A stretch of DNA of 64,000 nucleotides from Camelus ferus (lineage: Eukaryota): positions 1,240,001 to 1,304,000 of the forward strand of contig NC_045716.1 of assembly GCF_009834535.1 (NCBI RefSeq). The letters run 5' to 3'. Below the pieces are notes generated by a model. That model ran no database searches and was not told the DNA's origin. It saw only the letters and a program-made list of their open reading frames with translations. The position numbers and the translations under genes are program-made. Below, in pieces: positions 1 to 12,542 of this stretch. Within the stretch, counting starts at the first letter, position 1; each line of letters opens with the position of its first letter.

Positions 1-1334
1 TTGTACTGACCAATGAGCGGGAATTATTACCAACAACATTCAGTTTATGTGGAAAAAGAGACACATCTCTTGCCCACGCCTGTCTGCAGGAAGCATATTA
101 AGTCTCTTTTCTCTCTTTATTTCTTCTTTGCTTCCATCATCCCTGCCCCCCAGATATCCAGTGATTCATCATCATTATGAATTTTCCAGTCTTCTCATTC
201 TGAGAATATCGTCCCTAAGTAGTCTAGAACTTTATATTTGACGGTGTTCTTAGGCAGTGCTTTAAAGAACCAGTCTTCCCTTTATCCCTTGGAAGAATGC
301 TCAGAAGTCGAAGGATGTTAAGTGATCCTTAAGTGAAAGGCTAATAAAAAATTGTAGGAATAATAATACTTCATATGATGCATTACAGTTTCCAAAGCAT
401 CTTCTTAGACCTTTACTATGTGCCATCCCTTCTACAACCCTGTGAGATAATCAGCCTTTACCCCATTTTTTCAAGAGAAGGAATGTAGGCTCAAAGAGGT
501 TAAGCACAGGCTCAGATCAAACATCTGGAAGGTTAAGATGACGCTAAGACCCACATCTTCTAAGTCTTGCTCTGTGGTCCTTCTGCCTTATCACGTGGTC
601 AGTGTGAGGGTCAGCTTAGCTGGAACACCAGTCCAGACACTGAAGGGAATGCCAGGGAAGAGGCGGCAGTGCCTAACGTGTGAGTCCTGGCATCACTGCA
701 GAAAATGTGACCCTACAATAATGGGGCTGATGGGTGAATATTCAAGAACGTATGGAGCCACCAGGTACCGTGCCCTTCGGAGTGCCTGCCTTGTGAAGCC
801 TCGCATTCCCCGAGCCCGCCGTCACCTGAAACGTTTTTGGAAATGCCTCTCAAAGCTTATACACCCTTTAAAGTAGGTTTTGTTGAGACACGTCTTCGTC
901 TTCTCTGGGATGGATCTGGGCTTTGGCAACAGTCAGGCCACCACTGGTGCCGCTGGAGCATAAGCGTCAGTGGCTTCTACACTCCGTGGGGGCTGAGACT
1001 GGCATTGCCAATTTACTGTTAAAGCTCCATCACCTCCTGTAGCCTGGATTACAGTAGGTACTCAGTAGATGTTTGTTGAGTGAAAAGTTGAGTTTGGAGG
1101 GAAAACCAGCTGGTTGTTCCAAACCAGTGTGTTCAAAACCACAAAGTAAGAGGGTCAGTTGTCCTGTGTGCTCGCCCAGAGGGAGCTGTCAGAAGGAGAA
1201 CCCTTCAAAAAGTGTGGAGCAGTGAATAAGGAATTGCACTGAAACAAGGCCCTGTTTATATGTTTAAGTTACCGCATGTTTTGTTACCAATATTCGCCGA
1301 TGTAATGTAGTCATTTTAGTAACAGCCAACGTTG

Positions 1335-1560
1335 ATCGATGCTTTCTCGGTGCTAGGCACTATGCGCTGCAGGTTCCAGGTCTTACCTCAGCTAATTTTT
1401 ACAGACAATCCTGTGGAGTAGATAGTGATTCCTGTTTTACAGATGAGGAAGTGGGCCCAGCAAGGCGCGGCAGCCTGACCAATAACTACAGACGATGAGT
1501 AACTGAGATGGGCCTTGAACTCAAGCACCCAGATGCCAGAATCTGAGCTCCTAACTGCTC
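1335..1560 (-). mobile_element. MIR
   Basis: Core ttttacagatgaggaagtggg...ggccttgaactcaag. Confidence 0.75.
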
Positions 1561-1883
1561 TGCTCCCCCATCTCTGGCTGCTCATACGTCGTATTCAATC
1601 CTAAGTCAACGTAAAATATGCTTCTATGAGGCTATTAAGGCAAGAGATACGCTGAAAGCAAAATTGCTTCTGATAACAAGACCCTCTTAGGGTTCTTTTA
1701 AGTGTAAGTAGCATTTCTTGAGCTCAGTTGGAAATTCTCAGGCCAAGATGAAAAGAGCAAAGGTGACTTTGCTTGGGGGTTTGTGCTGAACTGGTGATGA
1801 CTTAGGAATCAGCCTAACAGAAGACTGGGGGAGCGGAAGCCCTCAGAGCAGAGAGTGTAACCCACCTGTTGGCTCCTTCACAG

Positions 1884-2088
1884 GGCTTCTATAAACGGAC
1901 CCCAGACTATCTCCAGATTAGAGAGTGGAAGAGGCTGGGCTGCTTCCCCGTCCCCATGGTCCACTCCACGTTCCTGATCGACCTCAGGAAGGAGGCCTCC
2001 GACCAGCTGGCGTTCTACCCCCCGCACCAGGACTACACCTGGGCCTTCGATGACATCATGGTCTTCGCCTTCTCCAGCAGGCAAGCAG
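1884..2088 (+). CDS. COLGALT2: COLGALT2 coding exon (human exon 5 equivalent), GFYKRTPDY...FSSRQA
   Basis: Acceptor ccttcacag|GGC and donor GCAG|gtactg; 205 nt; translation matches recalled COLGALT2. Upstream exons lie outside the window. Confidence 0.97.
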
Positions 2089-4267
2089 GTACTGCTCATA
2101 CTCGGCTGTGCTGCCAGCGTGCAAACACTGCAGATAACCAGCTCCTTTGCTTTGTGGATTTTATTTTAAAGCTCTCTTATGTAAGGAAACAGGTTTCCTG
2201 TTCAGGTAGTGTTAGAGGCAGTTAATTGTCTGGTCATCACACCAGCACTTTCTGGGTTGCTGTTCCTGTGATGGCCAGCGACACCAACGACCAAGGGCCA
2301 GGACCAGCCCTACCCAGGAGCCCACTCTCTCTTTTTTTTCTAAGTGGCTGGGGGACGGTGGCGATGGTGGCGGGAGCCCTGGACATGTGACACTGCTGCA
2401 GCGCTCTGTTCGTTACAGGAGTCCTTGTATTCACTGAAAAACTGTGACAGAGGCCAGAACAACCCTGGGAAAGACCCAGACTTAAAACAATGGAAGTTTA
2501 TTTCTTCTCAAAAGGACTGGAGCTAGCAGAGTGGCCCTGCTCCATGGAGGTCTCAGACAGCCGGGCCCCCCCTCTGCTGCTGCTCCGCCCTCCAGGAGGT
2601 GTCTCCCTCAATCATGTGGCCCAGAATGTCTCATCGGCGTGGAAGCATTCCAGCCACTGAGTGAAGACCAGAGAGGGGCGGGCGCTGTCCCGCCCTTCAG
2701 GGGCTATGGTCCTGAGGATGACCACACCACTTCCGTGCATAGCCCATTAGCCACACTGAGTCACAGGGCAGCACCTCGTGGAAAGGGAGGCTCCGAATGT
2801 TGTCTGTATCCTACTCAGTCCAGAGCCCCAGTTCTTTCTCTTGAAGAAGGACAGATTTGGGGAGGCACCCAGCAGTCTTGGTCAGTCCCCATGGGAAGAA
2901 AGGCCAAGCCAGGCTTGACTCCTTCATGAACCGTTGTAGGCTTTTTGAGGACAAGTCGGTGGGAAAGACAGGAAGGATGCAATGCCCTGAAGGAGTTCAG
3001 CGTGCGGGTCCACGACATTCCTAAAGCAGAGCTTTATTCTCAAGATCACTCAGGCCTCCCTGACAAAAGTCAGGTCCCACGACCAATGAGCCAGAAATGT
3101 GCCATTTCACCACGAGTGAAAGTGAGTTTAGAAACCAGGCAGATGGTGTGTAAACCCACGTGGCCATGTAAGTCGGGGGGAATGGCATGATGTCAGGACC
3201 CCAGGCGGCTGAGGTAGGGTGCCGGCAGCTGAGAATGTTAATACAAACCCGAGCCACGGCTCATGCATCAGGCCATCCTGGAAGCCACAGGGGTCCCCCT
3301 CATCCACTGCAGATTTGATAGGAACGAGGATATTTGGTGAAAATGTGGAAGGCTGATTATCTTCCCTTGGCTGCTAGAGCCATTTAGAGCCTTTGGCCAA
3401 GTGTAGGCATTTTTTAGGCCTGTGTCAGGGCAAAAGTGAGCTTTTTATCCTCATGTGGACGGGAAGTTCTCATGACAGTCCTTGTGTCATTACGAATGGT
3501 GATTGCTGGTTTCCACTTGGCCTGTGATTGGCTCTGACTCCTCCAGGATGGGAAGCAGACGCAGGGCCTTCCCAGCCCTTCAGGTTGTGCCAGTCCCTTT
3601 GCTTAAGAGCTTAAGTAAGGATGTTCCAAGAAAGTGAGCTATTAACAATTACAGTAATGATCCTCACCTAACAAAGGCCTCCTTGGTAGCCATGGCACAA
3701 GGCATTATTGTGACCCAGGCACTAAATTATTATGATATATTTTTTTAAACCAAAAATTAGATTTGGGGCTGGAAGAGTGACATGGGCTGCATAGGAACTT
3801 TTCAGCTCTGCCCCTTGTGTGGCCTGTTCTCTGGGACTTCATCTTGGTCGGTCACATTCCCATAGCCTTCCCGGGACGTTGAAAGCAGGTGCGGAGGCCA
3901 CGAGCTGCTTGGTGATTCCGCTGGGGAGAGAGAGGAGAGGCAGGAAAGAAAGGAGAGAGGCTCAGCCTTCCAGGCTTCCCTGTGTGCCTGGCGCTGTGGT
4001 AGCTCTGGGATGGTGGGGGAGGAGATGTGTACAGGTGGGAAGGCAGGCCACAGATACAAGCGGTGAGAGCTGAGGGTCAGATTACTGGTACAGACTATGA
4101 ACGGGGTGGGAGGCAGGGCAGGAAAGAGTGACTGCCATTTAGGGGGGTGTCAGCGCTTTGCTGACAGTCGGTGGTCCTAGGGTAGCTCTTTTACTCATCC
4201 TGAAGTATTTTTAACCTTTTTTGGGGGGGAAAGGTAATTAGGTTTCTCTCTTGCTTGCTTTCTTTTT

Positions 4268-4787
4268 GAATGAAGCTAGATTTATTTAGAGAGGTACATA
4301 CTGTGTAGAGCGTAGGCTGTTTCAGAAGGCAAGAGAAAGGCCCCGAGGTGTGGGGATTGGATGCTCAGGTTAAAGTAAAAGTGAATACACCCCCCTCGAC
4401 AGAGCTGGTGGGCACGGTGTTGCCAGTTTTTACGGGCTCGGTAGCTTCACACGCCAGCAAATGGGAGGACCATTCCAGCGCCGCTGGGGAAGGGGCTGGG
4501 GTTCCTAGGACTCGGGCCACCGCCCACTCTTTGACCTTTCATGGTCAGCCTTGGGACTGCCATGGCGCCTGTGGGCATGTTATTTGTCATGCTGATATGT
4601 TACAGTGAGCGCATAATGAAGCTCAAGGTCTCCCAGAAGTCAAATCTCCTGCCATCTGGAGCCTCAAGGCCTCCTGGGGGTCAAATCTCCCACCATCCTG
4701 GTGTTAACTGCTGGCATTCCATGAGTGGCTGTGTCCTGCCCGCTTCCCGCCTGCTGGAGGCTTCACGGTCAGATTCTTCTTGTAACA
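4268..4787 (-). mobile_element. ERV LTR (U3-R) apparently lacking U5
   Basis: Minus strand begins TGTTACAAG, carries an internal repeat (gtcaaatctcc..ccatc at about 4637 and 4680 on +), a TATA-like element, AATAAA (4286-4281), and ends at CA 13 nt later. Confidence 0.6.
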
Positions 4788-4883
4788 TTTACTGCTTCTC
4801 TCTGTGGATATATAAAAATGATTGGGCTCCTAAGAGAACATTTAATTCATTCTCCTGACTTTAAGCAGTATAATTTTTTAAGG

Positions 4884-5018
4884 TTTTTTTTTTTTTTTGA
4901 AGGGGGTAGGTAATGAGGTTAATTTATTTCTTTATTTTTAGAGGAGGTACTGGGGATTGAACCTAGAACCCTGTGCATGCTGAGCATGTGCTCTACCACT
5001 TGAGCTACACTCTCCCCC
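4884..5018 (-). mobile_element. tRNA-derived SINE, camelid Vic-1-like, full length
   Basis: Minus strand GGGGGAGAGTGTAGCTCAAGTGGTAGAG (A box) ... GGTTCAATCCCC (B box), aacctcattacc tail motif, A15 tail. Confidence 0.85.
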
Positions 5019-7563
5019 TTGAAGTATTTTGAGAAGAGACTCAAATGAGCCTGGGAGTCCTGGGCAGCCCATGGAGTGTTTCCCAGGCTCTTCCCCTCTT
5101 AGGTCCAAAACAAAGCACTTCCATTCTCTCTTTAAAAGAGTCTTAATGAAGGATGATGTATATTCTTTTGGTCCCACTCTTGTGAAGCTCCCTAGCTAGG
5201 TATCAGCCTTTGGAGCATCATTTTTTTTTATGTCCGAAAGAAAATAAAGTGTCCCCATGTCCCAGGCAGGACCACCTAAGCTTGATCCTTAATGGCTCAC
5301 CTCTGACTCCAGGCATTGCCACGTGTGGGTGATGAGAGAGAGCAGCAATCCGAGGGTGCCGGCGTGCTGGGCAAGGCTGCCCATCTAGCCCAGCAAGCGA
5401 GCCCAGGGGGCATGGGCGAGTCTCTGGCTGTCATGAGGCCAGGGTCAGGAGTCCACTTCCCACTGTGGCCAGTGATCTGGGCCCTGTATTGTGGCCACAG
5501 TAACCGTCTCTGGCACCAGCCAGTCATCTTCCAGATATCTTCCAGATGTGAGACAAAAGAGGCTGGAGATGTGGGTGACGGGCAGGCAGACCTGCCTCCT
5601 GCACATCACTGGGAGTAATCAAAAGTGACTTCCGTGTTCAGGGATGGCGATCAGAGTGATTGCCGGTCCTGAGACGTGGCTTCCAGATTCTGGGTGGATA
5701 GAAGGATTCTTGGCATTGGCCCTTTAGGGACAGGGCTTTGGCACTAATGACTTACTGGGTGACCTTGGGCAAATCACAGCCTCTCGGCGTCTGAGTTTCC
5801 ATCACCAGAAATAAAGGTAGGCGTATCAGTCTGCAGTGTTAAGGTGCCATGTGTGTGCAAGAAAATGTTTGCTATCTTCATAAGAGAAGTACAAGCCTTC
5901 AGGCCTTTCTCTTTCAAAGAGAAAATTGTTTGTGCCAGAAGTAGCTTTCACGGAGACTACCAGATTCCTTCACAGATTTTACTTAATTATTAACACATTT
6001 CCTTTTAAAATTTTTTAATCAAATTATTGAGGCACATAGTTGAGACAGTCCAAATAGCCCCCACTGTTTATTGTAAAACCCCCTGCACGTCACCCTCCTG
6101 TGCCAGTTCCCTGGTCTGGAAGACCAGAGCTTTGATCTCCAGATGACGACACAGGTGTAGCAGTCACATCCACGTTTCCAAACAGCACGCTTTGCGACGC
6201 TCCTTCTCGATACCCTGGTTTTACTTTGGGCCTCGCCTTTTGACTCCACTACAGAAGACGAGGAGTTGGCTCTCTGTCCGCCCTCTGGCCCCTCCACACA
6301 GATGCATTCTTCCCAGCACCCTGTCCTCTTGATGGAGTTGCATGGTAATTGAAGACAGATCGATGGTCAGTGTTTTTGTTGTCATAATCAAGTGACCCCA
6401 ATTCCAATTAAAGACTATGGTTAGTTTTCCTTTCATATCTAATTTAGTGATTGCCTTTTTTTATTTGCTTAGTTTTATTATTACTAACACAGTCCAAAGC
6501 TGATCCCCAGTTGCCTAAAGTGCCTCTTGGAAAGGCCCGATTTAGCAAATAAATGTTCTTTGTGCCTGTGTGTGAAGGCGTCTCTCTGGGAGCCTCCTAA
6601 TCTCTCTGTCTGAGAGGTGCCAGCACTGGGGACCTGGGGCTCCTCCTCTTCCCTTCTGCAATGACTCTCCTGTTCGCTGTGTTCCACACCTTCCCTGTCT
6701 GATTGTTTGTTTTGTAACCCCCACCCTCTCCTTTCCTCCCGCTTACTCCTCTTTCTTCTCCTTCCCCCACATCATCCAGTCACCGTCTGAGGAAGTGTGA
6801 TAGGAAGTAAATATTTATGATCTTGCGTGTCTGAAAATGCCTTTCTTGTCCCCTCACATTTGACGGATAGCTTGGCTAGGTCTCATCTCCCTTTTACTGA
6901 AGCTTTGGAAAGTTGATTGGTAAAATGATTTGCCTAATTAGGGTAGAGAGGCAACCTAAACATTAAATCACTTTCCTTCTGTTTCCTGAACTCATCACGA
7001 CCTTGCAGGAGGGTACATTTTGGTTTGAAGTTTCTCAGAAGCATTCGTGTGGGCACACAGGAGAGTTAGTGAGTTCACCTGGGGAAGGCAAGAGCGGTGA
7101 CAGTGTTTGCAGGACCAGCCCTGACGGGAGCCAGATTTGGTAAAGGAGAGGACAAAGGTTCTTTTCTTTGTTTGTTCTTCTCCGTTAATGCCATGAGACA
7201 GCTCCACCCGATTTGGAAGGTGATGCAGCTGACTGGAGGAAATGTCATCTACGCAAAATAGAGAAGTCACCTTGCAGGCGATTCTCGGTCTGGAAGGCAT
7301 GGGCGATTGTAGAAATTAACACAGCAGAAGCTTGGGCACGTGGACCAGGGCATGGCAGGCTCTTCCCGTTACCTCAGCACGCTTTTCCCTAGTCACGCCC
7401 ACCAGCCGCTGGACGTCTCTGAGCCCCTCTGGATTCCAGTATCGCTAGCTACCTGGTTGAAGACACATGCTGTCGAATTCATGGAGTTAGCCAGTGGGGG
7501 CTGTGAGGACAAGCGTTGAAAACGAGGGCTGTGATATGTCTCTGGCATTATCATACTGCAAGT

Positions 7564-8652
7564 TCTTTTTACTTTTTTATTTTTTATTTTAACTGAAGTG
7601 TAGTCAATTTACAATGTTGTGTTAATTTCTGGTGTGCAGCATAGTGCTTCATTTATACATACATACATATATAATACTCCCTTTCATATTCTTTTTCATT
7701 ATAGGTCATTGTAAGATATTGAATATTTCCCTGGCTGTACAGTAGGACCTTGTTTATTTATATGTAGTCATTATTATCTGCAATTCCCAATTGCCAATAT
7801 ATCCCTCTACACCCTCTTTCCCCCCTTGTAATTGTAAGTTTATTTTCTATGTCTGTGAGTCTGTCTCTGTTTTGTAAATANNNNNNNNNNNNNNNNNNNN
7901 NNNNNNNNNNNNNNNNNNNNNNNNNNNNNNNNNNNNNNNNNNNNNNNNNNNNNNNNNNNNNNNNNNNNNNNNNNNNNNNNNNNNNNNNNNNNNNNNNNNN
8001 NNNNNNNNNNNNNNNNNNNNNNNNNNNNNNNNNNNNNNNNNNNNNNNNNNNNNNNNNNNNNNNNNNNNNNNNNNNNNNNNNNNNNNNNNNNNNNNNNNNN
8101 NNNNNNNNNNNNNNNNNNNNNNNNNNNNNNNNNNNNNNNNNNNNNNNNNNNNNNNNNNNNNNNNNNNNNNNNNNNCTTTTGAATTAGAATTNNNNNNNNN
8201 NNNNNNNNNNNNNNNNNNNNNNNNNNNNNNNNNNNNNNNNNNNNNNNNNNNNNNNNNNNNNNNNNNNNNNNNNNNNNNNNNNNNNNNNNNNNNNNNNNNN
8301 NNNNNNNNNNNNNNNNNNNNNNNNNNNNNNNNNNNNNNNNNNNNNNNNNNNNNNNNTTTGTGGAGTTTTGAATGATGGCCATTCTGACTGGTGTAAGATG
8401 ATACCTCGTTGTAGTTTTGATTTGCATTTCTCTGATAATTACGAAATTGAGCATTTTTTTTTTCCTGTGCCTGTCGACCATCTGTATGCCTTCATTGGAG
8501 AAATGTTTGTTTAGGTCTTCTGCCCATTTTTTGATTGGGTTGTTTGTTTTATGGTTATTGAGTTGTATGAGCTGTTTGTATATTGTGGAAATTAAGCCCC
8601 TGTCATTCACATCGTTTGCAAATATTTTCTCCCATTCCATAGGTTGTCTTTT
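7564..8652 (-). mobile_element. 5'-truncated L1 (ORF2 C-terminus plus 3' UTR), partly N-gapped
   Basis: ORF2 peptide [13 protein letters not shown]...[20 protein letters not shown]; poly(T) on + near 7564. Confidence 0.92.
7881..8356. other. Assembly gaps: N-runs at 7881-8175 and 8192-8356; others at 24561-24711, 25181-25312 and 30016-30157
   Basis: Direct observation; all five lie within L1 copies. Confidence 0.99.
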
Positions 8653-9295
8653 CATGTGGGTTCTTAACTGGACTTGAAATGCAGGCTCTTTTTTGGTCCC
8701 TTTCTGACTCTGTTATCAAAATTTCATGTCTATTGGTTGACTCCAAAGCCATGCTTGCTAACAGAAGAAATAAAGCCATGGAGAATCATGGAAAATTTTA
8801 AATTTCCTCTGTTTTTTATTTTTTGTTCTACATGTGACTAGAGTTAGCTTTAATAATAATCTGTCGGCCTTACAGGATTTTCCTGTTTGTTTTCACATCC
8901 AGCGTGGCTGCTGTCCCTCACTCTCTGTTTCCCGTGGGTGGATTGCAGTGCTCCATTCTGTTCTCGGAGCAGGAATTCCTGGCCTCCTTTTTGATCCTTT
9001 CAGGCCTTTAGTGTTCGTGCCACGAGGATGCTTTTTCTTCAGAGAGGAAAAAAATCAATTTCCTCTAAGCTGAAGAATGGCCCAAGATTTTTCTTTGCCC
9101 CCAGTGCTATGTTATACTTTCTTAATAAAGGAGCATTTTTGAGGTCTACAGACAGTGCCTGAAACAACTACTTGTTCAATTTCTGTGCCAAGCTCAGCTT
9201 CGGCCCCAGGCCAGTCTCTTTTTCCTTGGTTGTCATTATAAACTAAGAAATGTGTTCTCTGACTGGCCAGTTTTGTCCCTCTCTTGTGTCCTCAG

Positions 9296-9415
9296 GCATC
9301 CAGATGTATCTCTGTAACAGAGAGCACTACGGCTACCTGCCCATACCCCTGAAGCCCCATCAGACCCTGCAGGAGGACGTCGAGAACTTCGTCCACGTGC
9401 AGACAGAAGCAATGA
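9296..9415 (+). CDS. COLGALT2: COLGALT2 coding exon (exon 6), GIQMYLCNREHYGYLPIPLKPHQ...EAM
   Basis: ctcag|GCATC ... ATGA|gtgagt; 120 nt; phase 1/1 fits neighbouring exons. Confidence 0.97.
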
Positions 9416-9714
9416 GTGAGTGACCCAGGAGCCCGGGGATGGCTCTTGGTCCGTTGCCACGGTGCCCACACCAGCCTCTGCTCCCCTCTCCCAGGCCTGG
9501 AGCCTCATAGCCGTCAGGCTGCCTTGGCTGAAACACATTTGTTCACTTGTTCATTCACTCTTAAACTTTCCCTGTGTGAAGTATGAATGTGACAAAGTCT
9601 TTGCCCCCAGGGGGCTTCCCGAGCAGGTGGAGAGCTGGGTATGCAGTAAATACATTTCACATAATGACATAAGGGCTCTAATGGTGTTTTGTGGTCTGGA
9701 TTTAAACTCTGACT

Positions 9715-10085
9715 TTGTTGCTTTCTAATTATATGGCTTTAGGCAAGTAATCTGACCTCCTTAGTTGTGAAATGAAGATTAAAACATGTAGTGTTTGGGG
9801 GCAAATTCTCCATGAGATGTATATAAAACGTCTACTACCAAAAATGATCATTCTGACTTCAATTTAGTAATAGCTTATGATGTAACACATAACATGATAG
9901 ACATTTTTGTACTTTGTCTCAGTCATCCTTACAACTACTCAGTGAAAGGGGTTTTATTATCCTCACATTAAAGATGAAGAAATTGGGGTGTAGAGGGTTT
10001 AAGTGTCCTGCTCTAGACCATTCTGCTAAGTAAATGACACATTTATTTGTCAACTGGGATTTGAACCACTCTTGCTCTCTCCAAA
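9715..10085. mobile_element. Two MIR fragments in opposite orientation
   Basis: ggcaagtaatctgacctc (+) and cattaaagatgaagaaattgggg...gggatttgaacc (-). Confidence 0.6.
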
Positions 10086-12057
10086 GCTCAGGTTCTTAAA
10101 CACTGTTGTTCTTGCCTCTGGGTCTGGCATGATGCCAGGATTGGTAAATGCTCAATAATCAGGGCACAAATTATTATGTCTAATTATTATGTCCAGTGTG
10201 CCTGGTGCCTAAAGGAGAGAGTGACCAGGCTACTCTGCTAGGGGAGGATCTTGGGAGTGTCCACCCAGGGGAGGGAAGGTTTGCACTGAACTGTCACGCA
10301 GCATCTGAGAAATTCTGTTATTCATCACTGGAGCAAGGCTGTGCGTACATGGCCAGTGGGGGTCACTGGGGAGGTACAGTGAGAAGTGAGGTTGGGAAGT
10401 CGACAGGAACCCAGTTAGAAGGACCTCTAATGTATAAGAAAGTGTTTGCATTGTTCCTGAAAGGAAGGGAGCTTTTTAAGAGATTTTAGCAGAGAAATAT
10501 CAGGTTGAAACCTGGTGATAAGGGAAGTACGACCGGGGCAGGGTGGGGCAGTGGGCGCTGGGCTCAGGCCAGAGGGACCATTTTGGACATTGTGTGGTAA
10601 ACTAGGTGAAAGACGGTGAGGATCTGAGCTGGGGCAGGGGCGGTGGGAATGGAGATGAAACTTATGACATAGACTTGAAAAGACTTAGCCAAGGGTTTTG
10701 GATGCGCAGAAGGGAAGCAGAGGGAAACTTCTAAGTTCTGACTTGAGCGTCTGGAATGACTATAGAAACATTAAGTGTGTGTAGATTTAAGAAGATATTT
10801 GCAAAGAAAAATTATGACTTCATTTTTAGACTCACTGAGTTGCCCATAAAAACACCAATTTCCTGTTCCCCACTCCCAGACAATAAATTCCTCGTTCATG
10901 TTAGTCTCAAGATGTAACCCGTTACCTGCCACCTAGTAGGCACCCAGTAAATATTTGTCAAATAACTGAATGAATGAGTTCAGGTGCAGATGCCCGGTGA
11001 GTAGGTGGAGAGATGAATCTGGAACTTAAGTGCTATCAAGCCTCAAGATACGAGGCTGAGATTCACCAGCAGAGTAATGTGATAACCCAGAATTCCAAAG
11101 AAAACAGGAGCATGCGGTGTGGGGAAAGCTCAAGTAAGATAAGGACTGAAAAAGAGTCCATGGGTGTTTTTTCAGCTAATGCCCATGACAAGAATGGTTT
11201 CAGAAAAGGCTGACTCAGAAATTCAAAGTGTTTGAGAAATAATGAAAAAGCAAGGACATAGAGAGAAAGCAGAATTTTTTGTTTTTGTTTTTTAAAGAAA
11301 TGGAGTTGGGACCAGAAGATAAGAAAGACAGCAATGATTATAAAGATTCGTCGGAAGATCCCTTTAAATGTGAAGCTCTCCTACTGTATTTACATAGGAT
11401 TCTGTTGATAAAACGTCAGGCGGCCCAGTGCGCAGGGGCGCATCAGGGTGACGAGCCAGGTCCATCCGCCCATCCGTCGACTCTCCCGCGGATGGGGAGC
11501 GAAGCACTCCTGACAGCGCAGCCTTCGCTGCTGATGCGCTTGACCGTTTACAAGCCGCTCGGTCTCTCCTAGTCTGAGTGTCCTTGGGTTTGAAAAGAGA
11601 AACAAGAAATCAGTTCTGTTCTCTATGTGTAAGGAGAACAACTGAGATAATGGGGGAAGGAACAGTGCTTGGGGGGGAAGTGAGGGCTGAATAGCAGCTG
11701 GTTCATTGTGATAGTATTTCTAGAACCAGCCCTTAGGAGTTCTTCTGTGAGTGTCTTCAATAGATACTGCCTCTGCCTCTTGTCTGTGTTCTAGACCCTA
11801 GAGGACAAGGGCAGTGTCTTATTGCCTTCTATCCCAAACACCTAGCACAGTACATGATACTTGCTGGGTAACGAACAAATATTTGCTGAGTGCATGACCA
11901 GACAAGTGAATGAGAGAATAAGTAAGTGAATAAAAACTGTACTGCAAAGAGCAGTGAACTTGAAGCCAGGATAATGGACTTGAACTCAGGCTCTGTCATG
12001 CACGAAGGGAGACTCAACCTCTCAGAGCTTTAGTTCCTTTATCTGTGGAGTGAGGAT

Positions 12058-12542
12058 TGTAAACGAAAAATACTGCAAACCATGTCAGTAAACAAAGAAT
12101 GCTGAAGCCATCAAGTCATCAGTGCCCTCCCCCCGCCCCAGTAATGACAAGCCTGCAGCCTGGCCTCTGCAGCCACTCACAGTGGTGCCCTCTGAGGGAC
12201 TCAGAATAAGAAAGGACAGGATACCGGCCCTAGATAGCTAGATGCTTGTCAAAGGAATGAATTCAGTGAGCCCAAAGTTTGCTCCCTCCCATACATAGAG
12301 AAGCGCTAAATTCTTTAACTTGAGATGCCTGGTTTTCTTCAGTTAACAAGTAATCTTTTAATGTTCAGACTACCTGGTCTTTGTTGTAAAACTCCCATAT
12401 ATCCTGGCTCCTCCTCTCCCTCTTCGGAGCAGTCCTTCAGAGCGATCCGAGAGGCTGTCATCCTGGTCTCCAGTCCTCAGAAATGTCCACCGAGTAAATC
12501 ATAACTCTCAACTTCTAGGTGGTGCATTTGTTTTAGTCGACA
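12058..12542 (+). mobile_element. Solo ERV1-type LTR inserted in a MIR
   Basis: TG...CA termini, 4-bp TSD GGAT (12054-12057 and 12543-12546), TATA-like catatat near 12396, AGTAAA at 12493; MIR core sequence resumes on both sides. Confidence 0.85.

Noticed and set aside
2430-2810. Possible old MLT1 LTR (similar signal at about 44330-44790)
   Set aside because: Only scattered motifs were recognised; boundaries and family cannot be supported by eye.
7840-8655. 271-aa ORF
   Set aside because: Length is an artefact of N-runs; the real residues are the C-terminus of L1 ORF2.
8640-8655. Two young L1s truncated within a few dozen nt of the same ORF2 position (here and near 25626)
   Set aside because: Two cases of about 1.1-1.4 kb truncation are compatible with chance.
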